Of a stretch of DNA of 64,000 nucleotides, positions 36,048 through 50,003 are shown one piece after another (position 1 is the first letter of the stretch; every line of letters starts with the position of its first letter). A model generated the notes under the pieces. That model saw only the letters and a program-made list of their open reading frames with translations, was not told the origin of the DNA and did no database searches. Source of the DNA: Nemertoderma westbladi (taxonomy: Eukaryota > Animalia > Xenacoelomorpha); contig JAUCBJ010008623.1 in assembly GCA_032718475.1 (NCBI GenBank), forward strand, positions 1 to 64,000, given 5' to 3'. Both the position numbers and the translations under genes were made by a program.

Positions 36048-38385
36048 CATTCCTAAACTGCAGTATACAAATATGACGTTATTCAACTTATCAGATAATC
36101 TAATTGGAGAAGAATTGAATCGTGATCAACGGGTATATATTTATAGAATAGAGTATGAAGTACTTTTGAGAGGGAATATGGAGTTAACTGAATTGAATAC
36201 GTTCCAAATCGAATTTCTCAATGAAAGTGATCCCATTATTTCAATAAACGTGGCAGAAACAGGAATGACAACTCTGAAACAAATACTAACGGTTCGTTTT
36301 GATTTTAATAATAACGAAACCAGAAATATATTCTTAAAAATCAACTTCGAGGGAAATTTATACAAAGAAGGATCATTGAAACCGCAACATCTCTTTACGA
36401 AATCTAATAAAAATTTTAATATTGTTATTAAAACACTAAATTTAAAAAATTGCACGATTAAAGATATCGACTCATCAGCTGACATACCAAAGGCTATAAA
36501 AGACCTCGAAATACTTGACATTTCATATAACAACCTCATTGCTTGGCCCACTGGATTCTTTAATAAAAGCTTCAACAACCTGAAAGAATTAGATATATCC
36601 GGAAATGAATTGAAACACATTGATAAAACAGCCTTTGATAATTATCCATTCTTGGAGATCCTGAAAGTAAGTGATATCACTACAATACAGTGGAATACAA
36701 GCTTAGGGAGTCTTTCAAGTTTAACTCATATATATATGATAAATTGCAAACTAGGGCAATTTCCCATTGAATTTTTGAATTCAACGGATAGATTAGCGAG
36801 TGTATATTTATCGCACAATAAGATATCTTCGATTCCCAATGATTGGCTTGCCAACCATGCATCATATTTAAAAGAGTTTTATATTGATAACAACCATCTA
36901 ACCTCAATCTCCCTGGATCCAATTGTAGCCAATGATTATTTGGTATTAGTATTCGCATATAACAAAATAAACCGACTTCAGACTGGTGCAGTCAACATGA
37001 CTTTACAAAGAGCAAGTAGTGAATTCAATTTATTTATTGATTTGTCGAACAACAAAATTAGAGAAATTGAAAAATATGCGATTGGAGTTTATAACAAAGG
37101 CAAAATTCAGAAGAAAGTAAAGGGCTTATCATTGGAAGGAAATTTGCTGCAAAACATTGCAATAGATCTACTTCGATCATCAGTGCCTGTGTCGAAACTG
37201 TTAAGACTTAAAGTGTATGATCACCCTGAATTATCAAAAGGGGGTTATTGGCTTGAACTACAAAATAATAAATGGGCATGTGATTGTCGTTTTAAACGCC
37301 TTTATGAATGGATTCATAGCGATAACGGTTATAAATTTCGGCCATTCGTTGAGGACGATATACCTTGCAAATCACAAGGGAAAAATATCAACTTAGTTAA
37401 CTTGAATGTCAGCTTCTTTAACAAATGTAATAATATGTCAGTAAGGGGGGGAACAGATGCAAATGGAAATATCTACTGTTTGGTGACAATCCCCTTAGAG
37501 ACACAAACCAAAAACGTAAATATATCCTTGGTACAATATGACCAAGATGATATTGAAACTATATATGAATTAGATATCACTGATACAAAATTTATTGATG
37601 GCAACAACAACAAAACAGTGAAAGTTACTCAAACAAATGATGAGTTGAACAGGCCAGAGTTATGTACCGGTGGAAGATACCAGTGTGTCCTAAAGCTTAA
37701 TAATGCTAAACAAAAGAACTATATTCAGTATAGATCAGAGGAGTTTATAAAATCGGTTACATCGAAAATAGTTCCTTTGCAATTTGATATTAAGTACTTC
37801 CTTATTAATCTATTAAGCGTCGAGATAATTGGTGACTATAAAGAAGACTATAAAGAGGGTAATACGATTCGAGTTATTATAATTACTAAAAAGAAAGAGT
37901 GGCCTGAATTCAAGCAGACACAGTACGTAACCAATAACCCAGAATACATTCCAGTAGAGTTGGATTTAATATCTGATTTCTATGAAATATTAATAGTGGC
38001 ATACAAAGAAAAGGAAACAGAAAGGGTAGAAAACCAAACGTTTTGCACAAAGAAGAAAATTGTTGGTCCTTCAGGGAGAGAATGGCCTTACCTAAAAAGT
38101 GTACCCTTTGCATACACTGTATTAGACAGCTCTGTGGCATTGAATTGGGCGGCTCAGAACACTAAAATAATTTACATGATAACTCACAGTAAAGGGATAG
38201 ACAAGGTGTCCGAAATAAATGAGCAAACTGTTATTAAAGATGTAGAGAATGGCATGCAAATCTGTTTGTACGCAAAAGATAATATTACAATACGCTACAC
38301 CTTAGAGAAGTGGGTCTGCCAAAGTATCTTTAGAACAAAATCCAAAAAGGAAGTAGAAGAATCCTCTACACCTAAACCAAGAAAG
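36048..38385 (+). CDS. LRR/Ig/FN3-type transmembrane receptor, large coding exon
   Basis: Multiple LxxLxLxxNxL repeats, LRRCT (NKWACDC..L..W...C), Ig-like (G.Y.C) and beta-rich FN3-like segments; acceptor TTTAG ending 36047; donor AAG|GTAAG. Confidence 0.85.
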
Positions 38386-38749
38386 GTAAGCATAACTTTG
38401 GATATCTGTTTATTTTTATTTATCTTTATTATATCTCTCTTATCTATAATAAATATATTATAGACATTATTATTATACATATTATTATTGATATTATACC
38501 TTATAATATCCATTATATCTATAATATAATGTAATAATATTTTATTTTTAATAATATTTAGATATTACACAATCCACATTGGGGCGACTTTCTACGCAAT
38601 CTAAATGTATCCATCTCCAGGGGAAAATCGACTCAAATAACAGCTGATTACTCCCAAAAATAAAACTTTAACCTGATCTATTGTGTTTCGTTTATTGTTT
38701 TGGTTCAAATAGCGGGCTATTGTAATTGTAACCTTCTCCTTTCCCTAGA

Positions 38750-39055
38750 ATGATCTTTCGCTATGAGGACCAACCTGCGCACAAACTTGTGCTTTTGCAG
38801 CCCCATGGAGAAAATTAGCATAGTGGACAGCCAATAACTTTCTTGAGACGCATCTTAAAGGACACTGGCCTTGAAGATGCGGATAATCTCGTGAATGTCA
38901 TTGGAGAATGGGGATTTGTGGCTGGCATATCATTCTTAATGCTATCAGCGTTGTGGATTGCATGGTGGTGGTATAGATATTTTTGGTAAGAAAGCACACC
39001 ATCTCAATGTACATCCGCAATGGAGCAGGACAAATATGGTAGTATTCCGATTATG
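38750..39055 (+). mobile_element. Diverged RTE 3' fragment
   Basis: TTTCTTGAGACGCATCTTAAAGGACACTGGCCTTGAAGATGCGGAT is shared with the copies at 11.5 and 44.2 kb. Confidence 0.75.
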
Positions 39056-39906
39056 AATACAAACCCACATGAACACATCCCTCGCGTCTGACAATCAGGG
39101 TCTAAGCAAAATGCTGAAGGAACATCTCAGTTTCCATGCGCCGGACGTCATCCAGCGTCCATTAGAGGCATTAGACTTATTAGATCCATTACACGCTATC
39201 TTTAGATAGCGTTCCAGAACGTTCTGGTACTGTTCAAGAACAGTTTGGAACAGTTCCAGAATGGAGTGTATGGACCTGTTGAGATACGAGGCATCAGCGG
39301 CGTTCACAATGGCAATATCAAAAAACTCCACTATCTGACTGGCCTATATTCCAACAAAACAACAAACAAAGTACACATTGAATTAAAAAAGAAATCAGTT
39401 AGACGATATTTTACATGGTCCCCTAAATATGTACCAGTATCATCTGATGCGTATAATTCTGGGAGAACCGCAATGGAAACAAATTCGTCGCGCCTTGTGA
39501 GTGCGAAATTCCAAACGTGAAGAACTTTAACTTTATAATATAAAGTTAAAGTATATTATCCTGCCTATTGTTAGTGTGGTACCGGTTACAGATACCCACT
39601 CACTCCACGCTTTGGGTACACGTCATGGAATAGCTTCGATTTTTTGGTTAGGGTTTATTGGCCACGCACACGCACAGCATAAATCCCAAAAACTAAACCG
39701 GGATCCGATTTTTAAGAAATTGAACGGAACTGAGTATTATTGCTACAGCCGCAAAGATCTGTAATGGCATTGTTTCCAGAACTCAGATAGATTTCGCTAG
39801 CGATATTCCTTAAAGGATATTAATTTGGTATTCGATTGTTTCCTTTGTGTAAACTGTGTGTGTAAACTTTACTCCTACCCATAATATATCCGCGTTATTA
39901 TTCCAG

Positions 39907-40103
39907 GTTACCTGTATGAAAGAGGTTCCTTTTAAGGCCAAGTATTTGGTAGAAGATTATTCAAATATTACAGTGATAATGAAATGGGCGGAAGTTAAAG
40001 GTGTCGAGAAATATACATTGAAATACAAACTGATAAAGAAGGATAAAAATGAAACTGGTTATCGGAACATGGGAAAGAAATATTCGGCTAATGTTACCCT
40101 ACC
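39907..40103 (+). CDS. LRR receptor gene, internal exon (FN3-like)
   Basis: Acceptor TTCCAG (phase 0, matching the previous donor); ITVIMKW...KYTLKY; donor CC|GTTAGT is phase 2 and matches the next acceptor. Confidence 0.7.
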
Positions 40104-43100
40104 GTTAGTTAAACTCTCTCTGTCCATCTAATGTTTCTCTACCGTTAGTTAAACACTTTCTGTCCATCTAATGTTTCTCTACCGTTAGTTAAACTCTCTC
40201 TGTCCATCTAATGTTTCTCTACCGTTAGTTAAACTCTCTCTGAACATCTAATGTTTCACTACCGTTAGTTAAACACTCTCTGTTCATCTAATGTTTCTCT
40301 ACTGTTAGTTAAACACTCTCTGTTCATCTAATGTTTCTCTACCGTTAGTTAAACACTCGCTGTTCATCTAATGTTTCACTACCGTTAGTTAAACACTCTC
40401 TGTTCATCTAATGTTTCTCTACCGTTAGTTAAACACTCGCTGTTCATCTAATGTTTCTCTACCTACCGTTAGTTAAACACTCGCTGTTCATCTAATGTTT
40501 CTCTACCGTTAGTTAAACACTCTCTGTCCATCTAATGTTTCTCTACCGTTAGTTAAACACTCTCTGTCCATCTAATGTTTCTCTACCGTTAGTTAAACAC
40601 TCTCTGTTCATCTAATGTTTCTCTACCGTTAGTTAAACACTCTCTGTCCATCTAATGTTTCTCTACCGTTAGTTAAACACTCTCTGTTCATCTAATGTTT
40701 CTCTACCGTTAGTTAAACACTCTCTGTTCATCTAATGTTTCTCTACCGTTAGTTAAACACTCTGCTGTTCATCTAATGTTTCTCTACCGTTAGTTAAACA
40801 CTCGCTGTCCATCTAATGTTTCTCTACCGTTAGTTAAACACTCTCTGTTCATCTAATGTTTCTCTACCGTTAGTTAAACACTCGCTGTTCATCTAATGTT
40901 TCTACTACCGTTAGTTAAACACTCTCTGTTCATCTAATGTTTCTCTACCGTTAGTTAAACACTCGCTGTTCATCTAATGTTTCTCTACCTACCGTTAGTT
41001 AAACACTCGCTGTTCATCTAATGTTTCTCTACCGTTAGTTAAACACTCTCTGTCCATCTAATGTTTCACTACCGTTAGTTAAACACTTTCTGTCCATCTA
41101 ATGTTTCTCTACCGTTAGTTAAACACTCTCTGTTCATCTAATGTTTCTTTACCGTTAGTTAAACACTCTCTGTTCATCTAATGTTTCTCTACCGTTAGTT
41201 AAACACTTGCTGTTCATCTAATGTTTCTCTACCGTTAGTTAAACACTCGCTGTCCATCTAATGTTTCTCTACCGTTAGTTAAACACTCTCTGTTCATCTA
41301 ATGTTTCTCTACCGTTAGTTAAACACTCTCTGTTCATCTAATGTTTCTCTACCGTTAGTTAAACACTCTGCTGTTCATCTAATGTTTCTCTACCGTTAGT
41401 TAAACACTCGCTGTTCATCTAATGTTTCTCTACCGTTAGTTAAACACTCTCTGTTCATCTAATGTTTCTCTACCGTTAGTTAAACACTCGCTGTTCATCT
41501 AATGTTTCTCTACCGTTAGTTAAACACTCTCTGTCCATCTAATGTTTCTCTACCGTTAGTTAAACACTCTCTGTCCATCTAATGTTTCTCTACCGTTAGT
41601 TAAACACTCTCTGTTCATCTAATGTTTCACTACCGTTAGTTAAACACTCTCTGTCCATCTAATGTTTCTCTACCGTTAGTTAAACACTCTCTGTTCATCT
41701 AATGTTTCTCTACCGTTAGTTAAACACTCTCTGTTCATCTAATGTTTCTCTACCGTTAGTTAAACACTCTGCTGTTCATCTAATGTTTCTCTACCGTTAG
41801 TTAAACACTCGCTGTTCATCTAATGTTTCTCTACCGTTAGTTAAACACTCTCTGTTCATCTAATGTTTCTCTACCGTTAGTTAAACACTCTCTGTTCATC
41901 TAATGTTTCTCTACCGTTAGTTAAACACTCGCTGTTCATCTAATGTTTCTCTACCGTTAGTTAAACACTCGCTGTTCATCTAATGTTTCTCTACCGTTAG
42001 TTAAACACTCGCTGTTCATCTAATGTTTCTCTACCGTTAGTTAAACACTCGCTGTTCATCTAATGTTTCTCTACCGTTAGTTAAACACTCTCTGTTCATC
42101 TAATGTTTCTCTACCATTAGTTAAACACTCTCTGTTCATCTAATGTTTCTCTACCGTTAGTTAAACACTCGCTGTTCATCTAATGTTTCTCTACCGTTAG
42201 TTAAACACTCTCTGTTCATCTAATGTTTCTCTACCGTTAGTTAAACACTCGCTGTCCATCTAATGTTTCTATACCGTTAGTTAAACACTCGCTGTTCATC
42301 TAATGTTTCTCTACCGTTAGTTAAACTCTCGTCTGTTCATCTAATGTTTCTCTACCGTTAGTTAAACACTCGCTGTTCATCTAATGTTTCTCTACCGTTA
42401 GTTAAACACTCGCTGTCCATCTAATGTTTCTCTACCGTTAGTTAAACACTCGCTGTTCATCTAATGTTTCTCTACCGTTAGTTAAACACTCGTCTGTTCA
42501 TCTAATGTTTCTCTACCGTTAGTTAAACACTCGCTGTTCATCTAATGTTTCTCTACCGTTAGTTAAACACTCGCTGTTCATCTAATGTTTCTCTACCGTT
42601 AGTTAAACACTCTCTGTTCATCTAATGTTTCTCTACCGTTAGTTAAACACTCGCTGTCCATCTAATGTTTCTCTACCGTTAGTTAAACACTCGCTGTTCA
42701 TCTAATGTTTCTCTACCGTTAGTTAAACACTCGTCTGTTCATCTAATGTTTCTCTACCGTTAGTTAAACACTCGCTGTTCATCTAATGTTTCTCTACCGT
42801 TAGTTAAACACTCGCTGTCCATCTAATGTTTCTCTACCGTTAGTTAAACACTCGCTGTTCATCTAATGTTTCTCTACCGTTAGTTAAACACTCGTCTGTT
42901 CATCTAATGTTTCTCTACCGTTAGTTAAACACTCGCTGTTCATCTAATGTTTCTCTACCGTTAGTTAAACACTCTCTGTTCATCTAATGTTTCTCTACCG
43001 TTAGTTAAACACTCGCTGTTCATCTAATGTTTCTCTACCGTTAGTTAAACACTCTCTGTTCATCTAATGTTTCTCTACCGTTTGTTAAACACTCTGCTGT

Positions 43101-44439
43101 TCATCTAATGTTTCTCTACCGTTAGTTAAACACTCGCTGTTCATCTAATGTTTCTCTACCGTTAGTTAAACACTCTCTGTTCATCTAATGTTTCTCTACC
43201 GTTAGTTAAACACTCTCTGTTCATCTAATGTTTCTCTACCGTTAGTTAAACACTCGCTGTTCATCTAATGTTTCTCTACCGTTAGTTAAACACTCGCTGT
43301 TCATCTAATGTTTCTCTACCGTTAGTTAAACACTCGCTGTTCATCTAATGTTTCTCTACCGTTAGTTAAACACTCTCTGTTCATCTAATGTTTCTCTACC
43401 GTTAGTTAAACACTCGCTGTCCATCTAATGTTTCTCTACCGTTAGTTAAACACTCGCTGTTCATCTAATGTTTCTCTACCGTTAGTTAAACACTCTCTGT
43501 TCATCTAATGTTTCTCTACCGTTAGTTAAACACTCTCTGTTCATCTAATGTTTCTCTACCGTTAGTTAAACACTCGCTGTTCATCTAATGTTTCTCTACC
43601 GTTAGTTAAACACTCTCTGTTCATCTAATGTTTCTCTACCGTTTGTTAAACACTCTCTGTTCATCTAATGTTTCTCTACCGTTAGTTAAACACTCGCTGT
43701 TCATCTAATGTTTCTCTACCGTTAGTTAAACACTCGCTGTTCATCTAATGTTTCTCTACCGTTAGTTAAACACTCTCTGTTCATCTAATGTTTCTCTACC
43801 GTTAGTTAAACACTCTCTGTTCATCTAATGTTTCTCTACCGTTAGTTAAACACTCGCTGTCCATCTAATGTTTCTCTACCGTTAGTTAAACACTCGCTGT
43901 TCATCTAATGTTTCTCTACCGTTAGTTAAACACTCGCTGTTCATTTAATGTTACCCTACCGTTAGTTAAACTCTCTCTGTCCATCTAATGTTTCTCTACC
44001 GTTAGTTAAACACTCGCTGTCCATCTAATGTTTCTCTACCGTTAGTTAAACACTCGCTGTTCATCTAATGTTTCTCTACCGTTAGTTAAACACTCGCTGT
44101 TCATCTAATTGGTTCCCCCAAGCTTGACACTAGAACAAAATCGCCTCCGCTTTGCAGGACATTGCTTTTGCCGTGAGGACCAGCCAGTGCATAATCTTGT
44201 ACTTTGGCAGCCTCATGGAGTGAATAAGCATGGTGGACAGCCCATGACTTTCTTGAGACGCATCTTAAAGGACACTGGCCTTAAAGATGCGGATGATCTA
44301 GCAAATGTCATGGGTGATAGGGAGTTGTGGCGGTGCAATTTTGTTGACAAGCCGGCACAGCATTCTTAAAAATGCAGCTGCAATGCAGCATGCCGATCCT
44401 AGTAGTAGTTCATCTAATGTTTCTCTACAGTTAGTTAAC
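40089..44439. repeat. 40-bp satellite, about 100 copies (CTAATGTTTCTCTACCGTTAGTTAAACACTCKCTGTTCAT)
   Basis: Homogeneous tandem array beginning at the exon 3' end; interrupted near its end by an RTE insertion. Confidence 0.97.
44110..44408 (+). mobile_element. 5'-truncated RTE insertion with TSD
   Basis: RLRFAGHC peptide, (TAG)n tail, flanked by the duplication TTCATCTAAT. Confidence 0.9.
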
Positions 44440-44462
44440 CTTTACGAATAATACTTAATTAA

Positions 44463-45629
44463 CCCACGGTCGTAGACACTATGAAGCCGGAAATTTCCAT
44501 TTTGCCTGAAAAATTTTTTTATTGGCGTTTTAAAAAAGTGTCTTTCCCGAAATCGCAATCGTTATGTTGTGTTCAACCAACTTGGGGAAGGCCAAAGAGC
44601 AACAAAAATTGAAATTTTAAATTGTTTTGTGTCCCTCTAGCGGCCAGTGGCGGAATTAAATATTTCACTAAAAACACTACTAGTCCCTTAATATTTATCG
44701 CATTTTTTGAAACCAACTTTTTTGGACTCAGCACCATCGTTTCTACAAAAAATATCCAGCCGATTTTTTAAATTATTAATTTTTAAGTAAATTAATTAAT
44801 AAAATTAATTAAAATTAATAAAATTAATTAAAATTTTCAATAATTTTCTTAAAAATAAAATTTTTTCAAAAAAGTGCTGGATAATTTTTCAAGATGTTCA
44901 AAAAACCTTTCAAACGAGCCATAAATTATCGAATTTGGTGAAAAACGGCGGAGGAGTAGTATTTTGAAAAATGGAAATATCGTGAAATGTAATTCCGAGA
45001 TAATTTGCTTTAAAATATGAATCTTCCCGCTCAAACCTGATTGTCTGTAGTCTGTTAATCGGTCAGTAATGTTTGACACTATGGCTTCCTACCAACTCAC
45101 TAAAATTATCAATATGGGGGTTTTCGGGGTCGGTGATTTCATTTGTGATGTCAGTTTTAATGTTTGGTGGCATCTAATATGTCTGTCTGACAGCCTGTCT
45201 GTCTGTTTCAAGATTTGAACTCCCCATAAATTCTGCATCAGATGAAACAGAAAACCAAAAATGTGAAAATTTTACCCAAGGAGGGGGTAACCCCCCCCCC
45301 CCCCCCCCCCCCCCCACCCCCCCCCCTTAAATAGAATACATGGCCTTCCGCGAACAATAATTCTGGCAAACTTTGAACGCCTACATTCAGCTATTTGTCA
45401 ACGAAATTCAAACATTGTTACATATTTAGAATATGTAACGCATATGGAATATAACGAATATAGAATACGCAACGCAAGCTTTCTAATGATATGAAAAAAT
45501 TACGACTAATATGAAGAATGGCAACGATAGGAGATGTGCAATTTCGCAAAAGACACTTTTTTTAAACGCTTATAAAAAATATACAGGCAAAAACGAAAAT
45601 TCCCGCTTTATGGGGTCAACGACGGTGAG
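44463..45629. mobile_element. Diverged piggyBac-like MITE
   Basis: About 100-bp imperfect TIRs (CCCACGGTCGTAGAC... and ...GTCAACGACGGTGAG), flanked by TTAA and TTGA. Confidence 0.6.
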
Positions 45630-45726
45630 TTGAACTACCTGTGTTTAAAAATTTCGAGCAAAATCATAAAGATTTGTTGAAAAATCTGGGTGGGGGGTCC
45701 GTCTCATCAGAAAATAACACTATATA

Positions 45727-46270
45727 ATGGGTCAGGCTCGACCTATTAAGAAACTAAACGCACACAGCGTTGCAAAATTTATGTACGATATTAACTCTGA
45801 AACAATAAGCCCTTCTTCGACTCTGGTAAACTTTTCACTCAACGCTCTATTGCACACAACTACAACACTCGTTCTTCTGCACGTGGTGACTTCACTTTAC
45901 CCCTTTATCATACCCCCTTACCCCTTAGTTCATCCCAACGATTCCAGTGTTTGCGAGGTCCTGTTATTTGTAACTCGGTACAACTCGCCAGTCGTCACAA
46001 TTCGTTAAAAAAATCGAAAAAATTATCATCTGCACTTAAAAGGTCAATTTATTTTAAATTTATTACAGTCAGCTCCTGTCCTCTGTCAATCCTGTCAGCT
46101 CGGTCTAAAATTATCCCTTGTTTTCTTTCTATTCATACACTGGCTATTGTCTGTTTTGATGTATTGATTTTATTCATCTCTTCAAATTGCTTTTCTGACT
46201 TTTCTCATCCTTTCTTATCCTACTTTTCTAAGTAGGACAAGCTTCTTCAGCACCTAGCCCTCTGCTAACA
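45727..46270 (+). mobile_element. Degenerate CR1/L2-like LINE 3' fragment
   Basis: KFMY, TRSSA and RGPVICNSV traces typical of LINE ORF2 ends, followed by T-rich UTR-like sequence. Confidence 0.45.
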
Positions 46271-46464
46271 GCAACGGTGGGGCTTTATGTTACACTATCG
46301 TCCAATTAATTAATTAAAAGAACCTGCATGTAGTTCTGAGCTTAATGGACTTCAATCGACAACACATACCATTTGCAGACTAGCCAACACATCAACTATA
46401 AACACATCATTATGTTTGTAGACTAGCCAACACATCAACTATAACTATAACAATGTATTTATAG

Positions 46465-46783
46465 ACTTGGAGAAGCCCTTTTAATTTGCTTGAAATTCGA
46501 GACTACGGAGTGCTCTGTGCCTGATGATCCGTTTATTCTCGCCCAACCGGATTCCGATGTTTGTAAATACTCCAGATGGTTTGACACTTCTGAGAATGCT
46601 TTGGAAGCGGCCCGCCAACAGCAGAATTTAGAGAAAGGCATAACAGTTGAGTCAGAGCGCTGGTGGGCGATGTTGTATCTGGTCCTGGGAATCCTTGCGG
46701 GATTCATTGGTATCGGTTTCTTTGTCGCAAGTTTCGTCATTTTAAAACAAACAAATGATTTTGTCGCTGAGGTTCGGTCACAG
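46465..46783 (+). CDS. LRR receptor gene, transmembrane exon
   Basis: Acceptor TATAG in phase 2; hydrophobic WWAMLYLVLGILAGFIGIGFFVASFVIL; donor CAG|GTTAGT (alternative GAG|GTTCGG at 46771, also phase 0). Confidence 0.8.
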
Positions 46784-46937
46784 GTTAGTTACAGTTAGTT
46801 ACCGTTAGTTACAGATTAGGTCTCAGGTTAGTTACAGTTAGTTAAAGTTAGTTACAGTTAGATACAGTTAATTACAGGTTGGTTACAGTTAGTTACAGTT
46901 AGATACAGTTAGATTCAGTTAGTTATATTAGATTAGA
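46784..46937. repeat. 10-bp tandem repeat (GTTAGTTACA)n, resuming at about 49437-49520
   Basis: Starts exactly at the splice donor; similar units reappear beyond the LINE insertion. Confidence 0.8.
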
Positions 46938-46939
46938 TT

Positions 46940-48838
46940 GTTTTTATGACCTTGTGGAGGAGAAACACAGTGAGGCTCGATTAAAATTCCTGTGTTGGAG
47001 ATCTTCTGGGTCTCCAAGGCAGGGGCAAATATTTTCTGATTACTTAAGTGCTAAGGCTAATTTTAAGCGTTCACTTAGGGCGTGTAAACGTGAAGAGGAT
47101 AATATCCGTAACGGTAAAATAGCGATTTCACTATTGTCTAGTGATGCATCATCAACCACGTTTTGGTCCAATGTGCAGAAATGTTGTTCTAGTACAACTG
47201 TATTGCCTAATAAAGTGGGCGATGCTGTTGGTCCCGATCAAATTAGCGATCTGTGGAAGTCTCATTTTCACACTCTACTGAACTGCGTTAAGGATGATTC
47301 CGATAAGGAATTCGTTTCTGAAAAACGTATAGGAACTTAATTTCGAGCAGATTGGATTGTTAGTAATAATTATATTTTTGAAGCTATTTATAGCCTATCG
47401 ATTGGAAAGGCTGTTGGCCCAGATGGGTAACAAGCTGAGCACTTGATAAATGGCTGCTGTGTATCGTTACTTGATATTTTGGCTGTGCTTATTAATAGTA
47501 TTTTTGTTCATGGTTATAGGCCATCACTCATGATGGAATCCATTATTGTTCCACGTATCAAAGATAAAACAGGTGACCATACTTGTAAGGACAATTACAG
47601 AGGCATTTCAATTGCAACAGGTTTGAGCAAACTTGTAGAAAGCGTTATTTTAGCGCGTAGCTTAGCCTAATGTATACAACCGATAATCAGTTTGGTTTCA
47701 AATCCAAACTTGGAACAGAATATTGTATTTACACCCATTAAGGGAGATCATAAACTTCTACCTTTCTAGCAACACTCCAGTATACGTGTGTATGCTTGAC
47801 GCCAGTAAAGCGTTTGACCGTGTCAACCACTTTACTTTACTCCGTAAACTCATATTACGAGGTTTTCCATTATAAGTACGGTTAATTTTGTTTTGGTATC
47901 GATCCCAACTCATGTCTGTTATGTGGGGTGGTATTTTTTCTGCCAAATTTATGGTCACTAATGGAACGAAACAGGGAGGTATACTCTCGCCGTTGCTGTA
48001 TAATGTATATATTGACGATCTGAGTAAGGAGCTCACAGAGGCTGGTGTTGGTTGTTACGTCGACTGCATCAGATTGAACCATATATGTTATGCTGATGAT
48101 ATGTGCCTGATTTCGAATTCTATTTTCGGTTTACAACGGCTAATTGACATTGCCGTTAAATATGCTGATATTAATTCAATAATATTTAACACGAAAAAGT
48201 CTAAGTGTTTATACTTCTTCCCGAAAGGATCGCCAGTTATTCGGCGCCCTAATGTGTTTCTGTATGGTGTTGCTATTGAAATTGTAAATAAATTCAATTA
48301 TTTAGGCCATATTTTACATTGTACAGTGGATGATGACTATGATATTCTTAACCAAACTTGTAAGTTATATACTAGAGCTAATTTTATTATTAGGAAATTT
48401 AGCGGCTGTGCAAATAATGTAAAAGTGCAATAGTTCCGTGCATTCTGCACGCCGATTTATTGTAATGCCTTATAGGTAAGGCGTAATTACTCAGATCGTA
48501 TCCACAGTAAACTTAAAGTAGCCTATAATATTGCTCAAGGCGATTATTTGATCGTATAAACAACATAGATAATACACTATTGACAAGCATTAAATACGGC
48601 AGTAGTTAAGATATCACGAATACGTGAAATGAAAGACCCTGTATTTCTAACCTAAATGTGTATAATCGTGAATAATATGAGTAAATAGTTATTGTTTTTT
48701 TTTTCTTTTTTTTAGATAATATATTCATAGTAGTTAGTTACCATGTTGTATGATATATATATTTTGTGATCATATATAATAAATAATTTTACTATGTGCA
48801 ATTGCATGAAATAAAGAATATAATAATAATAATAATAA
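46940..48838 (+). mobile_element. 5'-truncated degenerate LINE of the same group as the 30-35 kb element
   Basis: LDASKAFDRVNH, GTKQGGILSP, YADD, YLGH; stops and frameshifts; (AAT)n tail. Confidence 0.9.
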
Positions 48839-50003
48839 TTGTCTACGTCATCAGCGGCTTGGTGATACATACGTAAATAAATAAATAATTATAAGATTAG
48901 TAAAATGCTCAGAATCATAAGCAATAAGCAGGGATTTTCAAGCACCTCAATAAAATATAAATGATACTTAAAGTATAATATATAATTTATTATTTACTGC
49001 ATAACAGAAAATAGAAACAAAAGGCGTGACCAATGTTCTAAATAAATATTTTATAATAATTCAAAATGGTAATTTATTAAATACTGTGTCCATTATGACA
49101 CTTCATCTATTACCGTGTGTTTATTATAGCGACGTTTAATAATCTTTTGATTCGTAAACGTCGATAGTGGATTTTCACAATAATCTATAATAGTCAATTT
49201 TTGTTAAAAACCAGAATATTTATACTTATACACCATCACTCCACTATGAGAGATGGTGTATAATATTCAAAATGTTGCGTTATTGCTCAAATGTTACGAT
49301 TTCTAAAAAAGTCATAACTGTTTTTTGGTTTCCAAAAACAATCAGTTAAACCATTAACCGAATAAGACTGTATTAACCCCCGTGTGACTGGGGTTGTTAT
49401 ACATTCGAATAGATGGTGTCTCTCATCATCGATTGCCGTTACAGTTAGTTGCAGGTCTCAGAGTCTCAGGTAAGTTACAGTTAGTTACTGTTAGTTACAG
49501 GTTAAAAAGTTACAGGTTAAAATGCGATTACGCTATTATACAGAAGTTTAGAAAGACAGTTTAAAAAATATCCGGGAAAAATTTAAGAGGAATTATTATA
49601 AACAATGTATGGAGGAGTTTTAACTTTCAAACTTTGTCGTAACAAACTGGAGAACCGCAGATATATTTTCATTCACACATAGACGCAGCTTTTATTCTAG
49701 TACATATCTGGCCGTTTCAGCTCTAAGTATTATGAACAAACATTGCAATGGGAGACGGATTACACTTTCAGACAGTACTAACTCCTACAGCACCATGCAG
49801 ACCAATAAGAGCCCAAATAAAGAAAATGCAACTACTAATTGTAATTAGTGTAGGTTTATGTTTCAAAAACGTAAAAATTCAAGAAATTTAAGGAAAATAA
49901 ATGTTAGACAATTAGTCCACTACTGTAGTTGGAGTCTGTTGAATTGGTGCTTTTAGTCCCATAGATTCCTACAAATATTTCTAGACAATTAATTTAATCG
50001 CAG

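Noticed and set aside
38386-38463. Hydrophobic C-terminus of the 796-aa ORF as a TM helix
   Set aside because: Lies after a canonical AAG|GTAAG donor in AT-rich intron sequence; a better TM exon exists at 46.5-46.8 kb.
40089-44108. CRISPR-like array
   Set aside because: Contiguous near-identical units with no unique spacers, eukaryotic context and no cas genes.
48835-48862. Minus-strand CTGATGA as a hammerhead core (also 45710, 56417)
   Set aside because: No GAAA after a stem II and no closing stems.
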